IMG/VR virus record: IMGVR_UViG_3300045988_168456
DNA: 49,481 nucleotides
Reading direction: 5' to 3' (one strand)
Origin: a virus
Made by a program: the position numbers and the translations under genes. Under the pieces are notes generated by a model that saw nothing but the letters and a program-made list of their open reading frames with translations, did not search any database and was not told the origin of the DNA. This document shows positions 8,786 to 17,317 of the stretch, in pieces (position 1 is the first letter of the stretch; the number at the start of each line of letters is the position of its first letter).

Positions 8786-10357
8786 TTAATTTCTTAAGTG
8801 TATTTTTTTACGTCCGCCTTTTCTTGCATGCATTTCATATACCCCTGTTAAGCAATCTGGGGCATCATCGTGTTGATTTCTCTTTTTGTTATCTTTACGG
8901 TATGACATAAGAGCTTTGTAAAATTTAGGCCATTTCCTTTCCCAGCCTTCTGGGAACAAAATATCATTCTGAACATTAGCAGAAGCTGCATAAATACGAG
9001 CTTTTTTGTTTTCTGTCTGTGTAAATGTTTTAACAGCACATCTGAAATTACGCAGTTCAACTCTTAATATGCGTTTTACATTACGTGAGTAGCCTCGGCC
9101 ACCATTATTCGATTCAATTAAAGCCTCAACTGTACCATTTTTGGTCAACATTTCAGCTTGTTTTGGCTCTGTGACCTCCATAGGTGCATCTGTGAACAAA
9201 ACATCAGTTACATAACAAAATTCAGGTGTATTTATAAAACAAATTGAGCATAAATCATCAGCTCCAGTATCAGCTGTATCAGTATAATTCCACTTTTGAA
9301 GTGCTTTTGTACCTGTTGGAAGCTCTTCTATTTTATAAGTTCTAAATTCTTCATACATAAGGCCCTCTTTTGGTGTTGGGTCCTGCATGTACTGTGTATC
9401 GAATACAAGCGGATTTATCTCACGCATCTTATAAAGCTCTTCAAGTGTATGCTTCATTGGCCAAAGTGCATGTTCTTCTCCAGTTTCTGGGTCTACTTGT
9501 ATAACTGGAAGTGATAAAACAGTCCATTCGTCTGGCTCTATCTCTTGCAAATAGCCACAAAGGTCATGTTCATGTAGCCTTTGCATTATTATAATGATTG
9601 GAGTGTTACGCGAGTTAGTACGGTTACGAATTGTGTTCTCAAATCGCATGTTAATACGCTCGCGGACAATATCTGACTCAGCATCTTCTGGCTTAATTGG
9701 GTCATCGATTACAATCGCGCCTTGGAAAATGTTTGTCGTAGCTCCTATCATATCAAGCATCTCATTCGTATGGTCATCAAATGTGAATATATCATTGCCT
9801 CCGTCCATTTTATCAATATCTGGTACTTCGTCTACCGCTCCTGCACCAAATCCGGTTACTTGGCCTTGAGTTGATACTGCATAAAGTTCTCCTCCAGCTT
9901 TAGTTTTCCATCTTTTAGCTGACCCTTTTTCAGATGCAAGAGCCGAGTTAGGAAAAAGAGTCTTATAAAGCTCTTCTTGCATGATATTTCTGATTGTTTC
10001 AGAATTATCATTCACGAGTATATCTGAATAAGATAGATGCAAAAATCGACACTTTGGATTTAGCGCAAAACACCATGATATAAATGATTTGATAACAAGT
10101 TCAGTTTTACCATAGCGTGGAGCTATATTAATTATAAGCCGTCTACATTTACCATCAACAACATCTTGTAATACTTCAAACATTTTCTTATGGTGTTCTG
10201 CAACTATAAAACTTCTATGGTATTGCGCCTTAAACATGCACTTTGTATACTTCTCAAAAGAAGATAGTAATTCAACCTGAAGAAGTTCTTTAGGATTTAC
10301 AGTTCCGGCCTTAGTAGTATTTAGGGCCCTTTCTTGCATTGTTTTTAGTGAGTCCAT
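8786..10357 (-). CDS. terL: Terminase large subunit
   Basis: Walker A-like IAPRYGKTE, Walker B-like AIVIDDP, and a C-terminal nuclease-type acidic cluster (DTADTGADD, HDDAPDCL). 523 aa. Confidence 0.9.
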   Translation of the reverse strand: MDSLKTMQERALNTTKAGTVNPKELLQVELLSSFEKYTKCMFKAQYHRSFIVAEHHKKMFEVLQDVVDGKCRRLIINIAPRYGKTELVIKSFISWCFALNPKCRFLHLSYSDILVNDNSETIRNIMQEELYKTLFPNSALASEKGSAKRWKTKAGGELYAVSTQGQVTGFGAGAVDEVPDIDKMDGGNDIFTFDDHTNEMLDMIGATTNIFQGAIVIDDPIKPEDAESDIVRERINMRFENTIRNRTNSRNTPIIIIMQRLHEHDLCGYLQEIEPDEWTVLSLPVIQVDPETGEEHALWPMKHTLEELYKMREINPLVFDTQYMQDPTPKEGLMYEEFRTYKIEELPTGTKALQKWNYTDTADTGADDLCSICFINTPEFCYVTDVLFTDAPMEVTEPKQAEMLTKNGTVEALIESNNGGRGYSRNVKRILRVELRNFRCAVKTFTQTENKKARIYAASANVQNDILFPEGWERKWPKFYKALMSYRKDNKKRNQHDDAPDCLTGVYEMHARKGGRKKIHLRN

Positions 10358-10359
10358 AT

Positions 10360-10932
10360 TTATTTCTTAGGTTGTGTATAGTTATACTTTATTTCTGCTG
10401 CTTTTCTTGCAGCTACTGCTTCTTCGAATGTGTTAAAATAGCCTAAGCAATCATACAGGGCTCTTCCGTTTTTTCTTTTACCATTCCCTATTGCTGCTAC
10501 CCACTTTTGTCGTCTTTTATGCCAATAAACTCCTGTATGGCCTGACGTATTATTTGTGTGCATTTTACGGTTTCTGCTGTTTTGTATACCAGATGCAAGG
10601 CGTAAGTTGTCAATTCTATTATTAAGGGTATTGCCATCTATATGGTCAATTTCTTTATTATCATCTGGCCATTTTCCATATTGATAAAACCATGCCAACC
10701 TATGCGCTTTATATACATTTTGGCCTATTACTATATTAGAATATCCTTTATGGTCTATAGTAATACCAGCTATATCTCCTACATTAGGGCTATCTTTTCG
10801 TTTACTACTTGCATATTTCCATCTAAATACGCCGGTTTCCGGATTATAGTCTAATATAGATAATAAGTACTCGTGCGAAAGAGCATATTCTTTCTCTTTC
10901 AAAGCTACAAAATTGTTGTCTGTTAGTGCCAT
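10360..10932 (-). CDS. HNH homing endonuclease with an AP2 DNA-binding domain
   Basis: DHIDGNTLNNRIDNLRL (HNH_3 type), followed by SGHTGVYWHKRRQKWVAAI...LGYFNTFEEAVAARKAAE (AP2 type). Inserted between the terS candidate and terL. Confidence 0.85.
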   Translation of the reverse strand: MALTDNNFVALKEKEYALSHEYLLSILDYNPETGVFRWKYASSKRKDSPNVGDIAGITIDHKGYSNIVIGQNVYKAHRLAWFYQYGKWPDDNKEIDHIDGNTLNNRIDNLRLASGIQNSRNRKMHTNNTSGHTGVYWHKRRQKWVAAIGNGKRKNGRALYDCLGYFNTFEEAVAARKAAEIKYNYTQPKK

Positions 10933-10949
10933 ATCCTTTTAAGTTTTTA

Positions 10950-11738
10950 TTATTTAATTAAAGTATCTCTTATTACAATATAAGCCTCTCGCGATATTGG
11001 CACGTTTGGAATAATACCTGTTTGGAGTTGTTGCTGCTCAGGTAAATTAAGTTGCATTTGACCTTTTCCGAATACACGGTCCCAAAGCTTCTCAACTGTT
11101 TCTATATTGCCTAATTTTGCATCTTCTTGTAGGCGCTTTATAACTGTCTTGATAACAATTGGTATTTTCTTATTATTATATAATGCTGCAAGTTGGGCCT
11201 CATTACATGTTAATAAACAAGCCAATAAATTAGCCGTATCTTGCTTTGTAAGTTGGACGCTTAAATTAATATTAAGGCTAGTAAGAAGTTTTGTTATTTC
11301 AGGTCTTGATGCTCCTTGCAATTGAAGTGCTGAACGTATAGCTGATGAATATGAGCCTTTGCCAGAATTATGACGTTCTGCTAATTCTGTTGCTTCAAGC
11401 GGCTCTATAGTCTCAGCTTCAAGTGCCTCAATAGCATCAATCCGTTTTTGCTGCTCTGCAATACGTTTTGCTTGAAGCTCTGTTTGGCCATCTGGTATTT
11501 CTTCGATACCGAGTTCCTCTGCTAATGATTGGCGTTTTTGTTGTTTTGCCTTAAGATTACGAAGCCTCTGCTTCTCAATATATTTAATACGAGCCAATTC
11601 TTTTGCATCGGCTTTTGCCTTAATGCGAGTGGCCTCTTGTTCCACAAGTTTAGATGTATCTGGATTAGACATTCCAGGGACTGTTGGGCGTGATGGCAAT
11701 ATGTCTGATAAGTCTTTTGCTATTTTATCTGTTTTCAT
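10950..11738 (-). CDS. Terminase small subunit candidate
   Basis: 262-aa ORF upstream of TerL, separated only by the endonuclease. Charged coiled-coil N-terminal half. Called by position only. Confidence 0.5.
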   Translation of the reverse strand: MKTDKIAKDLSDILPSRPTVPGMSNPDTSKLVEQEATRIKAKADAKELARIKYIEKQRLRNLKAKQQKRQSLAEELGIEEIPDGQTELQAKRIAEQQKRIDAIEALEAETIEPLEATELAERHNSGKGSYSSAIRSALQLQGASRPEITKLLTSLNINLSVQLTKQDTANLLACLLTCNEAQLAALYNNKKIPIVIKTVIKRLQEDAKLGNIETVEKLWDRVFGKGQMQLNLPEQQQLQTGIIPNVPISREAYIVIRDTLIK

Positions 11739-11743
11739 ATTAG

Positions 11744-12493
11744 TTAATTTTTATTTATAAATTCTTGTTGTTTATTAAGCAAACTTTCTGCTCTTCGTTT
11801 TGCTTCTGTTTCTGAAAGCTGTTTTACTTTTATGCGGTTACTTTCCGGTATATCTATTATATCGTATTTTTCATAAGACCATATATACCCACCAGCTGTT
11901 TTTATATGCTTATTACAGCACATGCATATATTACTCGCTTGTATTCCTGAGTGGTATGATGCATCATTTATCGAGTTATATTCTTCTATAAATAAGCCAG
12001 AATTTATATCATACTTATACACATTTTTAGGTTTTCTTCCTTTTGGACCTTTTTTCAATGATTCTATATGAAGTGCGGCGCTTTTGCTTACATTTTCTAT
12101 CAATTCATTGTGTAAAGTAAAGGCGTATGGCTTTTCATCATTATTTACTAAAAGCAAAAAATTATACCCATAGGGATAATAAGTCATATTGCTTTTTATC
12201 AATTCATATTTGTTCTTTAATAACTCTGCTTTGCTATCTTTAAATACGCCTTTTACCTCTACTGTTATGTATTCGCTATTTAGAAATGATTGCCTAAGGT
12301 CAACGCTTTCTACTTTTGGGCTAAGAATCTTTTTCGCGAGTGATATTATGCCTTTTCGTACTGTCCAATCTAGTGTATGACAAATAATAATTTTGCTATC
12401 ATATTCAAATTCTACAGTAAATATAGCCCATTCTGTTAAGAGGGAATTTATGTTTCCAACTAAATCCACCTGTATACCTTCTATGTTTACCAT
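11744..12493 (-). CDS. Homing-endonuclease-like protein (C-terminal NUMOD/IENR-type DNA-binding module; N-terminal domain unrecognised)
   Basis: VYKYDINSGLFIEEYNSINDASYHSGIQASNICMCCNKHIKTAGGYIWSY matches the V.QYD..G..I..F.S..EA......I...C.....K.A.G..W pattern of phage homing-endonuclease DNA-binding modules. First gene of the leftward operon. Confidence 0.45.
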   Translation of the reverse strand: MVNIEGIQVDLVGNINSLLTEWAIFTVEFEYDSKIIICHTLDWTVRKGIISLAKKILSPKVESVDLRQSFLNSEYITVEVKGVFKDSKAELLKNKYELIKSNMTYYPYGYNFLLLVNNDEKPYAFTLHNELIENVSKSAALHIESLKKGPKGRKPKNVYKYDINSGLFIEEYNSINDASYHSGIQASNICMCCNKHIKTAGGYIWSYEKYDIIDIPESNRIKVKQLSETEAKRRAESLLNKQQEFINKN

Positions 12494-12532
12494 ATTTATA
12501 ATTATTTTTTATATTAATTAAGCTTTATGCTA

Positions 12533-12616
12533 CAAATGTATAAAACTATATTAGAATATAAAAATTCTCGCAATTATTTTTTATATTAAAATATAAGTAT
12601 GTAAATTTTTCTATTC
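12533..12616 (-). promoter_or_regulatory. Candidate Bacteroidota-type promoter of the structural operon
   Basis: The minus strand reads TACATTTG (TAnnTTTG -7 box, plus 12533-12540) about 40 nt upstream of ATG 12493. The AAATTTTTCTAT element at 12603-12616 is shared with two other operon heads. Confidence 0.5.
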
Positions 12617-13076
12617 TCGTAGAAAATAATTCTATTCTCGCGTAAACAATAAACGAAATAAACTATGACTTCCTTCCTAATTTATTGAGTTCCTAGTTTG
12701 AATTATTAGATTTATCCCTATTAATTCTATTAATTCTATCTAACAACTCATTTATGTTCTCCTTAAATCTTCTTGTTTACATTGTTTATAGTACATATAA
12801 CTTGTTGAAAATCAATCACTTATCGAGAAACAATTCATTGTTTATTTTGTTTCTTATTGTTTCTCTTGCGAGAATGCCATTTTGCTAATTCCCTATTAAG
12901 CATAAGGGGCCTAAATTGATATTTGTGAGAATGTATGCGAGAATGAGAATTTATGAGCCTCTGGGCCTTGCTCATACTTATATTATGATTTGTTAGCCAG
13001 TTTGCGAGAATGACTTGAGGCCAAAAAAATTTTCTGGCTATGGATATGGTTCTATATACTATATATAGGGGCACCC

Positions 13077-13117
13077 AGGCATTGCAGCAGGGGGCCTAGG
13101 CATTGCAGCAGGGGCCT
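13077..13117. repeat. GC-rich tandem direct repeat AGGCATTGCAGCAGGGG(G)CCT x2
   Basis: Units at 13077-13097 and 13098-13117 differ by one G. Embedded in AT-rich non-coding DNA. Confidence 0.9.
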
Positions 13118-13632
13118 AATTTCTGAATCGGCGAAATTTATTTGGTTAAATAGCTTTAAGCCTGATAGCCTCATTCGTTAATTATGGTTTAATTCGTTAA
13201 AGGTTGTTAGCCTGTCAGCCTGTTAACAACTCTTAACTAAAATAATTTTCAGGTTCTAAACCATTTACAGGCACACAGGCAATCAGCCAATAAAGTTTAA
13301 CGAAAATTTAACACTTCCTAACTAAATATATTTTCAGGTTTCAAATATTTTATTACTTGATAGGCATAAAATGATTATTTCAACTTATTAACAAAACAAC
13401 CGAGAAATTTAATACGATTTAACCCAAAAAAATCATGAAAAATTTTTCTAATTTAAAAATTATTCGTATATTTACATATCGGAAATAACAAACATACCAC
13501 TGGTTATTAAACATAGTTTAACAGTTTCATTAACGAAATTTAACCATAAATATTTTTCCGGTTAAAATAAAATTAGTACTTTTACAATATAAATAAAACG
13601 GAAATAATATGAATAATTAAAATATAACAGCA

Positions 13633-13989
13633 ATGAAAATTAACAGAAATTATCATTTTGTCCTGACAGTTCTGGACAGCGAGAAAATTGTAGCAGGAGA
13701 AATAAGCATTGAAAATAATGCAGTATCGGGCGAGAGAATATTTGCCAGCGAATGCCACTACTATGCCGAGAAAAATATTATTGAGTGCATTAAAGATGCA
13801 GCCAAGAGAGATGAACTGGGCGAATATTATAATCACACTTATTGCATTTACAAAGAGGACAAGCCGAAAAAAGAAATTACTGAGCGCGAAGAAGGCGACA
13901 AGAAAATCACAGAGACAAGAGAAATACCCGGAAAAGCTATGCTACTCGAAATAATAACAGTAGACGAGTGTGGGGTGACTATCCGATAA
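13633..13989 (+). CDS. Early protein, unknown function
   Basis: 118-aa ORF with an ATG start. First rightward gene after the control region. The overlapping alternative frame 13709..13954 cannot be excluded. Confidence 0.5.
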   Translation: MKINRNYHFVLTVLDSEKIVAGEISIENNAVSGERIFASECHYYAEKNIIECIKDAAKRDELGEYYNHTYCIYKEDKPKKEITEREEGDKKITETREIPGKAMLLEIITVDECGVTIR

Positions 13990-14127
13990 GGATAGTCACA
14001 GCCCTCTCGGGAGAACTCTACACAAGAGACGGCAGTCCGACTCTGCCGGAGGGCACAATTGGCAATATTGCTGAGAGAATTAAAATAAACAGTAATATAA
14101 ACAAGAGAATAACGGGAGAATACAGTT

Positions 14128-14478
14128 ATGACAAAAAACTATTACAGGAGTGATTACTCCGACAAACAGTGGAAAGCCTTAATTGACAAGGCCACGGAAC
14201 TGGGTTGCCAGATAACCTATAGCAAATACGGCAACATAGTAACAATTGACAGCACAGACCGAGAGAATTCTATTCTTAAATCGGTTGGTGCAGGAGAAGA
14301 ATATAGAGTTATGTGGGCAGACCATATCCATAACATGCTGCAGGAGAGCACGGACTTAAGAACGTGGAAAGTACAGCCTAAGAGATACCACCGCAGCTAT
14401 TGTCCGACTATCTGCAGGAGTCAGAAGTCAGCAGAACATGAGCAGGAGCGTCTCGAGAGAAATTACAAACTGATATGA
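14128..14478 (+). CDS. Early protein, unknown function
   Basis: 116-aa ORF with an ATG start. GC is clearly above the genome average (about 47% in a hand-counted 60-nt sample). Confidence 0.5.
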   Translation: MTKNYYRSDYSDKQWKALIDKATELGCQITYSKYGNIVTIDSTDRENSILKSVGAGEEYRVMWADHIHNMLQESTDLRTWKVQPKRYHRSYCPTICRSQKSAEHEQERLERNYKLI

Positions 14479-14487
14479 AGCAAGCAT

Positions 14488-14730
14488 GTGAAAAATATAA
14501 AGCTATTCAAGAGAAATAACCAATACTATTTAACAAATATGGAAACAACAGTTTTTTATGTAGCAATTGCCTATGATGACGGCATTTTCAATCCTACAGT
14601 TGTAGAGAAGTTTGATAATAAAGCAGACGCAGACAGTTATGCAGCTCTTATGTGTCGTTCAAAGCAACGCCGGTACATTGTGCTTAAGCAAGTAACACAA
14701 TGGGACAGCATTTCTCGAAAAAATGCATGA
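14488..14730 (+). CDS. Early protein, unknown function (GTG at 14488, or ATG at 14539)
   Basis: 80-aa ORF, co-directional with and closely spaced after 14128..14478. Confidence 0.45.
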   Translation: MKNIKLFKRNNQYYLTNMETTVFYVAIAYDDGIFNPTVVEKFDNKADADSYAALMCRSKQRRYIVLKQVTQWDSISRKNA

Positions 14731-14989
14731 CCTTAGCTGCTGCGGATAGAAATGATATTCGTGGGACAGTATCAAGCGAAGCGGATTTTAGGAGCGACAT
14801 CTACAGCGACGCTAAGTTTAACCTAATTGATAAAAATTTACAGTAATATGGTAACAGTAAAATTTTCAACGCATAGAGCGGAAACACTATTTTTGATGCC
14901 AACTATTGCGATAAAGCAATACAATTCAGAAACAGCAATAAGATTTGTATTTTTACGCGGTGTATTTAATATAGAAATAGACAAGTATT

Positions 14990-15247
14990 ATGGCAAAAAG
15001 TGAAATATTTGTAATAGCTTATAGGCTTGAAGCTTATAATAATTATGATGCCTTAGACGGCTTCATGGAAGCAATTTGCGATTATGCAATAGTATCTAAA
15101 GAAACAGATTACGCGCTTACAGTAGTAGCATCTTCAGAAGCCTTAAGCACGTCAAGATTGGCAAATACGGCTTATAAATATTTTGGCAAAGAAGGGTATA
15201 CTATAAGTACTCTCGGGCTTTTAGGGCCGTTTAAGAAATTCAATTAA
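14990..15247 (+). CDS. Early protein, unknown function
   Basis: 85-aa ORF with an ATG start. Confidence 0.45.
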   Translation: MAKSEIFVIAYRLEAYNNYDALDGFMEAICDYAIVSKETDYALTVVASSEALSTSRLANTAYKYFGKEGYTISTLGLLGPFKKFN

Positions 15248-15372
15248 TATTCTTTAACATAAAACTTAGAAAAAAAAGTTCCAAAGCGGCTTAATAATTC
15301 AAAAAAATATAGTACATTAGCACTATCATAATTAATACATATTATTTAATAACAATTTAAAATTACAGTATT

Positions 15373-16488
15373 ATGGCAACAAAGAAATTTTCACAGATGA
15401 CAACGAAGAAACTGAATGCTCTTTTGGCAACAGCAAGTGACGAAGACAAAAAGGCTATTGAAGCCGTACTTACAGCTCGTGAACAAGCTACTAAACCAGC
15501 TGCAGAAGAGATTTCTATACCTACGCCGGGCCCGGTTGAAGATGTACTAATAAACGAAGTTAGTCCTGAAGAAGAAGCAGCTATTAAAGCAGCTGAAGAA
15601 AATGGCGGAATCAATCCTATGTATAACGGTAGTAAATCAACTTTGGAAAAGAAGCCGAAAATGACCGACGAGGAACGCCATGCATTGGCTGAAGAACTGA
15701 AGAAGAATGTTAATCATCGTTGTCAAGCAGTTCCTTTCAATACTGCAGAATGGGTTGATGGTTATATAGCTGGAGTAATTGAAGAAAAGCGCAGTGGCAA
15801 AATATTATACGCAATCAAGACAGATGATGGGCGCCGTATTGTAAAAGTACACGACAGCAACCTTATTCGTATCTTAGATGAAGTAATTGAGCCGGAAAAG
15901 AAAACCCGTACGCGTAAAGCAAAAGACCCAGCAGACGAAGTTGAATGGACACCTGAAGCAATAGCTGAAGAAATTAACGAAGTTATTGGCAATGTTGGTA
16001 AAACCATAGAACTTGAAAAATACCGCACAACAGATGAGAATGGTGAAGAACATGCCGAAGTAATAATAGGCCGTATTGTGGCAATTGTTCCTGACAAACG
16101 AGCTAAGCGACTACTTTATCGTATTTCAGTTCCTGCACCTGTTGAAGGTAATCCGCTTGCAACAAAGACTATGCATAAAGTTGTAAAAGCTGAAGGCATT
16201 AAAATTGCTGAAGAATTTGATAAAGAAGGCGCACAGCTTAATGCTAAGTATACGGAACGTCGTGAGGCTGCTGCTGCTCGCACTCCGCTTACTCCGCAAG
16301 ACCGTTACATACGCTGTGAGGAAAATGTGAAAAAAGCGGAAGAAAAATTGCAAAAAGCACAGGAAGAACTGGAAGCTAAAAAGAAACAGCTTGAAGATGC
16401 AAAGAAAGAGCTGGATGAGTATCTTGCCAGTCAGGCACAAGAAAGCTCAGCTGCTGGAGTTTCAGAAGAGGTAGACCTTCTTGCGTAA
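15373..16488 (+). CDS. Acidic, Lys-rich early protein with a C-terminal coiled coil
   Basis: 371-aa ORF followed by a canonical intrinsic terminator. EEKLQKAQEELEAKKKQLEDAKKELDE near the C-terminus. No family recognised. Confidence 0.65.
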   Translation: MATKKFSQMTTKKLNALLATASDEDKKAIEAVLTAREQATKPAAEEISIPTPGPVEDVLINEVSPEEEAAIKAAEENGGINPMYNGSKSTLEKKPKMTDEERHALAEELKKNVNHRCQAVPFNTAEWVDGYIAGVIEEKRSGKILYAIKTDDGRRIVKVHDSNLIRILDEVIEPEKKTRTRKAKDPADEVEWTPEAIAEEINEVIGNVGKTIELEKYRTTDENGEEHAEVIIGRIVAIVPDKRAKRLLYRISVPAPVEGNPLATKTMHKVVKAEGIKIAEEFDKEGAQLNAKYTERREAAAARTPLTPQDRYIRCEENVKKAEEKLQKAQEELEAKKKQLEDAKKELDEYLASQAQESSAAGVSEEVDLLA

Positions 16489-17317
16489 ACTGCTATAGAT
16501 AAATTTCTGTTAAACACCTCGAAGAAAGCTGCTCTGTGAAGAGCGGCTTTTCTTTTATGCCGTATATTTAATTGATATACGGTATTTTTTATATAACAGT
16601 TTTATATGTCAAAATATGTAAACTCATAGAAACATGCTTCTTTCGCGTTCTAAGGAACTTTCATATCTGAGATATACTATAATATAGGTTAACTCAATTC
16701 GATGCGATAGAGGTTAAAAGAAGTATATCTATCAATATATATTATGACTTCATAAGAATATATTAATGCATAGACTTTCCTGAACTTTAAGTTACCAAGC
16801 AGTTATATAAATAGCTGTTAAATTTATGACTAAAAAGTTGACTCATTTTCGCGCGTTCTAGGACACTTTTATTTGAGAGTCATAGGAATTATCATTCTCA
16901 AAAAGAAATGATGAGAGAATGAATGAAAATAATGAAATTTCATATATCTCCAAGGCATTTAGAGTTCTATATTTTTATATTAAAGCTGCAATAAACCAGT
17001 AAAAATTTTTATGTTAAAGCTTGTAAAACAGTAATTCGTATTAAGATTATTATGTATTTTAGCTTATAAGAGAATAAAGTAAAACTGTTAAAAAATGTTA
17101 CATGCTAGAATACATAAAAGCTGCATGACCGCTATAATTAAGCAGTTTATGCTTAAGCACATAAAACACATATACAGTATGTTACGTAGCAATTGTCCAC
17201 ACTGGACTCCATACGTGGTACAGGAAATAGCCGAGAGAATATTTGCCACAATTGGACAGGAGAATATCACAAGCCTCTAACAAGAGAAATGTTGAACAAA
17301 AATAAACAAGAGAATAT
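16489..17317. promoter_or_regulatory. 0.8-kb largely non-coding region with two TTCGCG(CG)TTCTA(A)GGA boxes
   Basis: Boxes at 16642-16656 and 16848-16863, with similar flanks (ACTCAT upstream, TGAGA downstream). Only short doubtful ORFs are present (17088..17270 minus, 17095..17280 plus). Confidence 0.6.
16525..16556 (+). terminator. Rho-independent terminator
   Basis: aaagctgctc (16525-16534), loop tgtgaa, gagcggcttt (16541-16550). A 10-bp stem with one G-U pair, followed by tctttt. Confidence 0.8.

Larger units (their letters stand above)
12494..13632. promoter_or_regulatory. 1.1-kb divergent non-coding control region (promoters, operator-like sites, GC-rich tandem repeat, iteron-like repeats)
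   Basis: No credible ORF. Lies between the minus-strand gene start at 12493 and the plus-strand gene start at 13633. Dense in repeated motifs, listed in the findings. Confidence 0.8.

Noticed and set aside
12835-13074. 79-aa minus-strand ORF in the 1.1-kb control region.
   Set aside because: It starts at GTG and is built largely from the GAGAAT and TTGTTT repeat motifs. It is isolated from other genes and has basic, low-complexity composition. I treat the region as non-coding.
12574-13567. Possible CRISPR array suggested by the many short repeats.
   Set aside because: The repeats are 8-27 nt, of several unrelated families, in both orientations and irregularly spaced. No cas genes are present. 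This is not CRISPR architecture.
13709-14153. Alternative early ORFs 13709..13954 (TTG start) and 13968..14153 (GTG start).
   Set aside because: They overlap the ATG-initiated 13633..13989 and 14128..14478 and use non-ATG starts. They cannot be excluded, but the evidence is too weak to list them as features.
15363-16440. Three minus-strand ORFs (15363..15614, 15762..16097, 16126..16440) opposite the 371-aa early gene.
   Set aside because: They are Ser/Phe/Leu-rich antisense shadows of a purine-rich coding strand. The plus-strand gene has an ATG start and a canonical terminator.
17088-17280. Overlapping 60/61-aa ORFs on both strands in the 0.8-kb gene-poor region.
   Set aside because: They are mutually exclusive and short, with Cys/His/Ile-rich composition. 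Only the plus-strand one has weak support, from the shared 17-mer, so it is reported as a finding rather than a feature.
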